From the NCBI GenBank assembly GCA_051294375.1, contig CM119271.1, positions 13,888,372 through 13,952,371 of the forward strand: 64,000 nucleotides of DNA. The letters run 5' to 3'. Source of the stretch: Paraspadella gotoi. Taxonomy: Eukaryota > Animalia > Chaetognatha. Made by a program: the position numbers and the translations under genes. A model generated the notes under the pieces. The model searched no databases. It saw only the letters and a program-made list of their open reading frames with translations, and had not been told where the DNA came from. Within the stretch, counting starts at the first letter, position 1. Each line of letters starts with the position of its first letter. Of this stretch, positions 54,746-64,000 are shown one piece after another.

Positions 54746-57700
54746 ATGCGTCGGCACGCAGAGTCGTCGGCGTCCTCCAACTCCTCGTCGGGGACCAATA
54801 ATAAAACTGGCGGCGTGGGGAAAACATCTGGAGGCGGCGGCAGAGGCGTTGGCGCCGGTTAGTTATTAATTTCTATTTAATGTTTTTTTAATTTTTTTTT
54901 CTCTTATCTTTACACCTCACCTCTTAACTTCATCCTCAGGACCCAAAAATTCCTCCCTCGCTCCTCACCCGGTCTCCGCCGTCGCCGCAGCCGCAGGCGG
55001 CGCTGGCGACGGCGGCGGCAGCAGCGGCGGTTCCGATCACAGCGGCAGATCCGACCGAGCCGACCGATTGGGCGTCGCTTCGACAAAAAAGGCGGCTCCT
55101 TCCGGCGCTCCCGGCGCGGTCTCGGGCTCGGCCGGCGCCACGAATCTCAGCAAGACTTACCTGAGCAAATCCCACGACAATCTGGCGTCGACGCTGCGGC
55201 GAAAAGCCAATTCGGCGGGGTCGCAGAGCGGAGGAGGAGGAGGAGGAGGAGGGCCGGGTGAGTCAAGTCATTATTAATCAGTCTTCATTTGTATTTTTTT
55301 ATATCATTTTTCAGTTGTTTATCAAATGTAAATATGTAAAATAGTTACGTAATATGTATGCTTTAAAATAGGACGATCTTATAGCAACAAGCAGGTTCAA
55401 TGCTGCCGCCACCTTATTTTTATTTATTCATTATTGCATTCATTCCTTGATTTAATCATTCATTAATTGATTTAATCATTCATTCATTTGCTCATTAATC
55501 CCTTAATCCACCCAGTCCCTTCCGCTTCTCTCTCCTCCGCCTCTCGCGCCGCCAAAAATTCTTCCAAAGACGACCTCAAAAACGTCGGCGTCAAAGATTC
55601 TCGGGGCGGCGGCGCCCCAGCCGCCGCCTTGTCCGCTTCAGCCACTGCCATCTCCGGCGCCGGGATTTCCGGTACCTATTCTTCGCCGTTATTTTTTTTT
55701 TTATTTATTTTTTTTTTGTTCTAATTAATGGCGAGATTAATGAAAAACTCTCTTCCTTCTACTCAAACGAGGCTTTTCCAACAACGCCCGAAGTCTATCT
55801 CGCGGCGCCGGCTCGTCGCATCGCAAGGCCCCGACTCCTCCCTCGTCAGTGACGATTCGAAATCGGCGCGCCGTTGAAAAGCGCGCCGGTGTGACGACGC
55901 CGCGAGTGGCGCCGCTGATGCCGTCGCTGCCGGTGACGCCCGCGGGTAAGAAACGATATTTTCGATGTTAACTTTAACCCTCTTTTGGTTTTGTTTAATC
56001 TTTCAATTTATTTCTATAGAATGATGTGACTAAATAGGCCAAATTTGATGAAAAAATTGAGACGAGTTTTCCGTATTTATTTAATGAATTGTGTAATGTT
56101 TCGAAAATCATAGACCCTAACACGTAAGTCAAGTAAAACGTAAAATATAATCAAGTCAGAACTGTCTACAAAACCAACAGAAAACGAATCGCGTAAGTTA
56201 AGTAAGTTGTTTTAACGTTCATTTGTTTTTTGGTTGCAAACTCTCTTTCCGGTTCCAGTTGACCCCGCTCCTCCGCCACCCGTCGAGGAGGGAGAACGTC
56301 GCGGATTCGAGCGACAGATTTCCGAGTTGGTGCAAAACGCGGAGACGAAGAAGGCGGAGATCGCGAGTCTCAAGATCGAAATCAGGAGACTCAAGGAGCA
56401 GGTGGATAGAAAAGACCCCGGATGTAGATCTGGAAGACGGAAGGGGGGGGGCACTGCGAGAGCTGAGTAGAGTGGATGACGGAAAATATCTCGGGGCCTC
56501 GCTACCGAGCGAGAACGACTATAGGGGGGGGGAGGTTTGATTTTTTTTTTCGACGAATTTCACGCGTGACTAACCCTCGTAAAACTTTTCCTTAATGCAG
56601 TTGGATTCTTTCAAAACGAAAGAAGAAAATATGTTCCTTTTGCAAAACGAAAATTCTCTGCTCAAGGCGAAATTGCAGGAATCGGGAATCTCCATTGAAA
56701 CCATCACCGGTGAGAATTAAGTCTCTCTCTCTCTCTCTCTCTCACAACATGACACCTTTCCAACAGCCCCTTTTTAACTTCCCCCTTTTTTCTCCAGACG
56801 CGGAAAAGGAAGTCCTCCTCCGGAAAGACTCCTCCTCCTCCACCGGAAATCCGGCGGAGGCGTCCTCCGCCCTCCTTCGCGAGCCGGACGAGGGAGGGAA
56901 GGAGGAGGAGGAAGAGGAGGAGGAAGGCAACGACGCGTTGGAGGGAAGCAGCGAAGGAGGAAGAGGAATCATGATGGTCAACGCAATGGTTTCCGGTGAG
57001 TCGATGATCACAGTTTTATCTCGCACCCCTTGACATTTGTAATTATCGCACCACTTCCGGTTTAGCAATTGTACCCGGAACTCGGCCGTGATTGCGCTTT
57101 CAATATTGCAGTAATCTTTGTAATCGTTCGCCCTGACTTTGCAGTAATCCTACCCCCGATTTTGAAATAATTACTTACCCGTCTTAGCATCAGTTTCATC
57201 CCCGCACGATTACCTTTACAATTTCCCCCCCCCCGCCCCCCGCCTTTAAATAGGCGTGACGGGAATGTTGTCTTCGCTGCCGGCGACGTTGGACGCGAAG
57301 AGCGTGGAAGGCCTTTCGCTCGACGAGTCCAACGGGTGGGAGAAACAGTCGAGCGACGCCTTGTCCGAGATTTCTGTGGCTAATCTGCAGGCAACCCAAA
57401 AAAATAAACGATTAAAAAAAAAAAATAAAACTGATATAATTTATACTTTACTTTTTTTCATCCATTCTCAGGATCGCATCATTCAAATGGAGGAAACTCA
57501 CTACAGCACCAGCGAGGAGCTTCAGGCTACTCTACAAGAATTGAGCGATCTGCAAGATAGGTATAAGAGTGGCGGGCCGCTTTAGTTAACTTTTCTATTG
57601 TTAATTCCTTTAACCCCCCCCCCTTCCCTCCCAGCCTGGCGGACTTGACGGCGGAAAACGAGCGGCTGAACGAAGAGAAAGACGTTTTGGTGGAATCGCT

Positions 57701-57822
57701 TCTCGCGCAAACGGAGAAGTTGGAACAGAGAGAGAAGAGAGAATGAAGGTGTTGCTCTTCACAACATCCACGGCGAAGCAGGTGCCGAGTTGAATCGGAG
57801 GGAATCGATTTCGGCGTCTCGT

Positions 57823-57858
<36 letters not shown>

Positions 57859-60800
57859 AAAATGTTATTTTTCTGACCATTGTCAAGCCAAATAACGTAA
57901 AAGGAAGTAAATAACTTAAAAATTCATTATCCAATAAGCAAGACTAACAGATCGTGACGTAAATTTGACTCTAAAAAATTTGACTCTAAAAAAATGCAAC
58001 GTAATTAACAATGTCAATAATGCAATAAAATAATCAGAAACAAAGGACTGATAATTGACGTAACAATAACAATATTGATGGTGAACGAAACAGTAAAAGA
58101 TCAGACCTATATAATATGGAAAATGACAATAATACAACAGTTGTACTTTTCAGGTTTCAATTCTCATTTGTATTTTTAAAGGCGCCGAAGGAGGCGGAAA
58201 TGGCGCGTCGAGGGGACCTAAATCTCCCGGCGCCTCTGGGCTCCTGTCCGACAGAGAGCAACAGTTAATGGACCTCATTAAGGTGGGACGAGGCTACGTT
58301 CTGCTTCACTTAATGCGGAACGATCATCCCGCAAGATTAGGACGTAAATTATCAATTAGTTCCATAACTACAAAATGCAAATGGAATTTTCGCATCAGGC
58401 CGCCCACGGAGAGACGGAGGAACTTCGGGCGAAGCAACGCGAATTAACTTCGAACCTTCGCGCCGCCGAACAGGAGAACAAGGAGCTCGCCGACGTCATG
58501 GCCGCGCTCAAGGACAAAATTCATCTGCTAGGTGAGTTGAATTGGTTTGAAGAGCGATTCCGGGGCGGTGATCGTCTATTCATATCGATTTCACCACCAG
58601 AGGCGCGCTCGGAGTCGATGTACGCGGAGAAGAGAGAGAGCGAGCGGCGATTGGGCGACGCCAAGGAGACGGTGACGTCGCAGCGGATGTCGCTGGACAA
58701 GATGGCGGCGTTGCTTGAGACGTCGAATGAGCGCGGCGCCGCTTTGCAGAAGCAGATAGACTCGCAAAACGCCGCCTCGGCGAATAAGTGAGAGAGAGAG
58801 AGAGTGAGAGTGAGAGATAGATCTGAATGGACATTTGGTCGTATAAAAATTGTGGAAAGAAAAAAAAATATCCATCACCCGTGCCGCTAATCCGTTGTAA
58901 GGGGAAAACTCGGCGACGATCAGCTGCTAATTCTTACTCATTCCCAAAGCCAGCAAAACCCTTATCTCTCAAAGAAGAGAAATTTGCTCGTTGGGCCATA
59001 TCTTACTTTTAATCTTTTAGTCACTAAAACGGGCTTTATCTTTTAAATCTAATTTCGTTGAGTTACGGTAAATCCGTTTTTAACAGGTTGGTTCGTATAA
59101 TTTTCTCCCATTTCCTTCCAGTTCTCCCGAGGGATCGAGTCAGAGTCACGAAGCCTGGGTCCAGTTGGAGTCCGCGAAGAAAGAGCAGGAAAACACTTTG
59201 GCGACGCTGTCAACGACGAGGGAAAGACTCAGCGAGAGCGAGGGCACCGTGGCCAGGTAGTTTGTTTGCTTGTTTTGTATGGCGAGTATTTTAAGCATTA
59301 GTGGTAACGAATTGCAATCTGCCTTTTATATAAGGCTTCGGGACAAAGTGTCGAGTTTGGAACAAATGTTGAAAGAATCGGGCGAAATCGCCAAGGCGCA
59401 GGTCTCCGATCTCGAATACAAGTTAGGTAAGGTTTCGAAGACTTATGTTTAAAATCACCGAAATCTCATTTGCATATTGCAGTAGTTTTTTTGGAATTCG
59501 TACCATTTTTTTTCCATTGACTCGTTAGATTGATGAAAGAAAAAATTACATGCATGATAATTGGGTAATAAGCATTAAGAATCTGTTTTTAGTTAATTAA
59601 AATCAATGCGAAGAAATTAGGATAATTTTGATAATTTCGATAATTGTCTGCATTTGATGTAATAATTTAGATTTAAAAAAAGACGTCATTCATCATATAC
59701 TTCTTTAAAGATTGATAAAAAAAAATATTAATAAAAAAATGACTAACCTGCCGTATTGACTTATTTTGACCTATATTTTTAACCATTAAGGCTCGTGTCG
59801 AGGTAAAAGCGAACATTTGACTCGGCCACCATTATTTTTACAAATTTGTCTTAAATAGTTTTCTTAATTGGTTCGGGCTTTTCTTTNNNNNNNNNNTTTT
59901 TGTCAACTTTTTTAGTGTTTTTCAATTTTGGTCTCGATAGCGCAGTGGAATGCGTGATTAGGAGTTTTTCAATATTCATATGGGAAAAAAAGATTTTCGT
60001 AGTTTCATTATCCTAGCTTTTGAGAATTAATTTTAAAATTTCATCCAATTTCCAGCCAACGCGACTTTAGAGAAAAGCAAAATGAAGAAGGATCTCGATT
60101 CGCTAAAGAATCACGTCATGGAAGTTGAAAGGTAGGGATTTTTTTTTTTCGCGCGCTTTCTTTATTTCACTTTTTTCCTCTTATTATTATATATAATATT
60201 ATTAATTTTTTTCCCCCTTTTTTTTTTCTCAACATGCTCGTCCTTTCTCTCTCAGATCTTGCGAGAAATACATCGAAGAGAAGGCGGAGTTCTCGATCAG
60301 CATCGGGACTTTGGAGGACGACTTGGAGAAGACGACGACGCGGGCGAGGGAGTTGGAGGCCGAGTTGGAGATGGAGCGACGGCAGCGGCAGGAGGAGCGA
60401 GACGAATGGGCGCAGTTCCAACAGGTCGTCGAGGGGTGGCTGGAGAAGGAATTGAGTGCAATGAGTATCCATCTATGTTGATTGTTAAATGACTATTTTC
60501 TTTATATAAATTATATGCAAATTAGGTTTTGAAATGAGGCTCGTAGGAAACAATCGATCATTTTTTTAAAAAATGACCACTGGTTCCCCTTAAAGAATGT
60601 CTTTCGTATATTACGACCTGCAGGATTTGCAGACGGTGGTCGTAGTTGCGAACGACATCCGCAAAGAGGCGCAGGAGGAGATGGAGAAGACGGCCATCGA
60701 AAACTCGACGTTGAAGGAGAAGTTGAGCCTGTTACAGTCGGAGCTTGAAAGGTCTTCCGCGAAGGAGTTGAAGAAAGGTCAGTGGGCGGGGAGGGGGAAA

Positions 60801-60988
60801 ATAAGGTAAGTTGTCTCCATGATAATGAATATCTTTGTTTTTTTTCTATCAGAGGGAAGTGTCTCGGTCAGTGGCATTACTTCCCCAGTTCCCAGGTCGT
60901 CGTCCCCATCGTCTTTGGGTAAGTCCAGTGGGCGAGATCTTTTCATTCAATCCCCTAAGACTCTACCTATCCATACCATTTTCTCCCA

Positions 60989-61084
<96 letters not shown>

Positions 61085-62597
61085 CGGCGGTCTCTCTCCC
61101 TCGCCCCCTTCTCCCCCGTTAGCCTCGTCTCCCCTCTCTCCCTCCGAGATTCGCGGTCGAGTCCAGTCCTACCTCTCGTCGTCGGGCGTGCCCCGCGGCG
61201 GACAGAAACGCCACGACGCCAAAACCTCGCTCAGCGTCAAAGACCTCATCCAGTCGATTGAGGGAAAGGTCAACGACGGGAACTCCGTCGCCGCCGCCGC
61301 TGGAAAGACGCAAGAAGGAGGGGTTGGAGGTAAAGGGATTAGATGGATGGATGGATCATGTTAAGACTGAAAGTTAATCAATGAATAAATATATTCGAAA
61401 AGAAAAGAAAAATATTAATTAAAATTTAATACCAGGAGAGCCACCGAAATTGACCCTCCATAACAATGTAAAAATTTCATTTATAGCGCAATACAATCAA
61501 AAATCGTGTTAGTTTTTTTTAGTGTCTGTGATTTTGGTCAGGAACAATGGCGGACGTTTTATCATCCAGATCTCGTCGAGAAACTGGCATGTTGCTGTAA
61601 CATGATTTTTGGGATGCGAAATTGTTTAAAAGCTAAAAAAAAAAGTGGGTGCTAGTAAAACTAACAAATTTTGATATCATTCGAAAGCTTGTTCATAGAA
61701 ATCGGACAAAGGTACAACTTTTTCTTTGGTGGTCAGTTTCCGTGGCTCTCCTGGTACATGTTATAAATAAATATATGTTATAAATAAATACATGTTATAA
61801 ATAAATACATGTTATAAATAAATACATGTTATAAATAAATACATGTTATAAATAAATACATGTTATAAATAAATACATGTTATAAATAAATACATGTTAT
61901 AAATAAATACATGTTATAAATAAATAGCGTTTTTCCAGAGGATTCGTCCGACGGCGTCGTCTCCTTCGATCGCAGCCTCGTGTCGCCGACTTCGCCTTCT
62001 TCGTCTTTCCCGCCGCTCGGCGCCTCCGCTCACTCGACGCTCGGCTCCGCGCGGGCTCAGGGCGCCATCCCGAAGGCGGGCGGGTTCGTCGAAACCGCGG
62101 CGCTGAAAGGTCTGGAGAGGTTTTCCATTAATTTGGTGGGTCATGTCAGACAGGAAATCCTTCAAATCCTTTCCTTTCCTCCGACAGGCGTCTTGAAGAA
62201 AAACTCTGGCGAATTCTGTCACCGATCATCGCCCGTGGCGTCGCACATCGGATCCCATCATCGACCCTCCATCAAAACCTCGACCCCGGACACCGACGAC
62301 GCCAAGTGCAGGGAGATCTCGTCTCGAGCTGCTGGAGCCGGTCAGGGGCAAAGAAAGAGAGAGTTGGAATTGTAAAAGAGGAGGAAATGAGGGATCTCTT
62401 TAATCCTCGACCTCGATCTCTCCTTCAGGCACCACCGTATCCATCGCATCCTCTTCCTCTTCGTCGGAGGGCGCCTCGACGGTTGTGGCACCGCGGCCGA
62501 AACCCACCACAACGGCGTCGTTGTCGTCGGGTTCCGGCGCCGCGCCCACCACCGCCTCCATTCCATCCATCTCTTCCATTCTCATGAACTCCTCCAG
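54746..62597 (+). CDS. SPECC1L: Cytospin-A / SPECC1(L)-like coiled-coil protein, 5' part; continues beyond the window (CH domain not reached)
   Basis: [109 protein letters not shown]. Start codon and low-complexity exons are approximate; apparent frameshift near 57740. Confidence 0.85.
59887..59896. other. Assembly gap (10 N)
   Basis: Run of N. Confidence 1.
60993..61081 (+). repeat. (CT)n microsatellite forming the pyrimidine tract of a SPECC1L acceptor
   Basis: About 44 perfect units directly followed by AG. Confidence 0.95.
61432..61754. mobile_element. Tc1/mariner-type MITE (323 bp) flanked by TA
   Basis: TA-ccaggagagccaccgaaattgacc ... ggtcagtttccgtggctctcctgg-TA; ~24-bp TIR with 2 mismatches. 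Confidence 0.85.
61755..61926. repeat. 17-bp tandem repeat (tacatgttataaataaa), ~10 units
   Basis: Starts at the right TA of the MITE and ends ~12 nt before the next acceptor. Confidence 0.95.
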
Positions 62598-62972
62598 GTT
62601 GTTGAGGGTGGCGTCGCGATTGTTGTCGTTATTGAGGATTGGGGTTTAAGTCGTTTTAAATCATAGCTTTTTTTAGAACAAGAAGTCTTTTTTTATATAT
62701 TAAATCGGATTTGGATAAAACAGGATAAAATCCGCCAACAAAGTATTTTCTGACTCCTCTTACAACATAATTAAATAAGTTAGTTTCAAATCCTGTTCAA
62801 TCGGTTCTCGAATACGCAATAATTAAGAAAAAATATTTTCAAAGAAGGAAGTCGATCAAAGCCGCCTGCTGATGAAACCGTTTCTGTTCGAATATTTTTG
62901 CTCTGGATAATGTTTCCTGAAGTTTAAAGATATTCGCTATATCGGACGACTACAATATTCAAATTAAATTAA

Positions 62973-63850
62973 GGGGACCCAGTGATAAAAATGATATCAT
63001 AAGTTTAAGGTCTATCATCAAAGGAATTTGAATGGTGATAGTCATTAATTTTTCTTTGCACGGGAAAGTGGCAAAAAAATTGTTCTCTTATTGTAGCGGA
63101 AACAAAAATTTAATAATTATGAAAAAAACATTGAGTTGACCCTACCTAAATATTCATATAATCCGTTATTTTATTTTTGCATTAGAAAGTATTTTTTACT
63201 AAATTCCAAATTTTTATTTTTTACTGTACAAAGCTACAATTTTAGGTTTAAGCCTCATTGAACAAAGGCTTTACAAGACTAATATTTTTTTATTTTATAT
63301 TTACTTAAAAGCAGACAAATCAAACCTAAATTCTATTCTTACAGAAACAAAACTGTAATAATTATTAATTAATATTCATATTCATCCTTTAAATCTATTA
63401 TTAAACTATATTGATTCTTAATTATAATAATTAAAAATTTTAGCAAAAGTACAGAATCTTTCTCTTTTTTTTATATTTATATTACTTCAAAGAGTTTTAT
63501 TTTCATTCAATTAACAGAATCATTTAAAAAGAAAGTTTAAATAAAATCAGTCGATACCTTAAATTTTGATTCATTCCTAGTTTTTTTTCTTATAAATTTT
63601 TTTAATAAAAGCTGAAAATCTTTTTAAAATTAGATCTTACCCTTTTTTGGAAAAAAAAATTTTAAACTTGAAAAAAGATTTTCTTCTTACCGATTTCTTA
63701 AAGAAAATTAAGCTCGCTGATTTTATCGAATTTTTTAACTACTTTCCCAAATGATTATAGAAGAAAAAATTATATGATCAGAACCAGCTTAAGTTAAAGG
63801 GTCAAACGTTATGTTTTCAGCTTTTTACCCCCCCTGTTCACTTGGTCCCC
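62973..63850. mobile_element. Non-autonomous DNA transposon (878 bp) with TTAA TSD and GG termini (Kolobok-like)
   Basis: TTAA-ggggacccagtga ... tcacttggtcccc-TTAA; 13-bp TIR with 1 mismatch. A similar right end (cactggttccccttaa) is at ~60578-60593. Confidence 0.75.
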
Positions 63851-64000
63851 TTAAGTGATCAGAAGGGGATAACTTTGCTAGATCCTTGGTGTGCGATTTA
63901 AAATTATTTCAAATTATCACTTCAATGATTAATTGACGATTACTAAGATATATGATTATTAATGTACGAAGCGTTTTCTTGTCTATACATTCTTAGTAAG

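Noticed and set aside
55379-55413. tatagcaaca...ccgccac resembling joined ends of family B
   Set aside because: Too short and no TSD; could be chance.
59930-59962. tRNA-like A box (gatagcgcagtgg)
   Set aside because: No B box, T arm or acceptor-stem partner follows; at most a SINE head fragment.

Overview
Eukaryotic (animal, probably invertebrate) genomic DNA with GC/CpG-rich exons and short AT-rich introns. Exon structures were reconstructed by hand. There are 12 intron-containing genes: a DEAH helicase (DHX8/Prp22-like) on the minus strand, then 11 consecutive plus-strand genes (QARS1 3' half, UQCRQ, WDR59, STK11/LKB1, PLPP, GALE, GDPD1/3, TTC32-like, alpha-carbonic anhydrase, monofunctional PAL, SPECC1L/cytospin 5' part). 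Introns and spacers hold many mobile elements. The most unusual is an ~8.2 kb degenerate DIRS-like tyrosine-recombinase retrotransposon in a PAL intron, with ITRs, an internal complementary region at the 5' rather than 3' side, and an embedded 5S rRNA-derived segment. Also present: three minimal type I hammerhead ribozyme motifs in Penelope-pLTR-like repeats, a structured ~250-bp element family with 4-bp TSDs and a 45-bp segment found in both orientations, a young non-autonomous LTR element in GALE, and several MITE-like elements. No database search or folding program was run; protein and RNA family calls rest on motif recognition. Two assembly gaps (51878-51998, 59887-59896) limit some conclusions.
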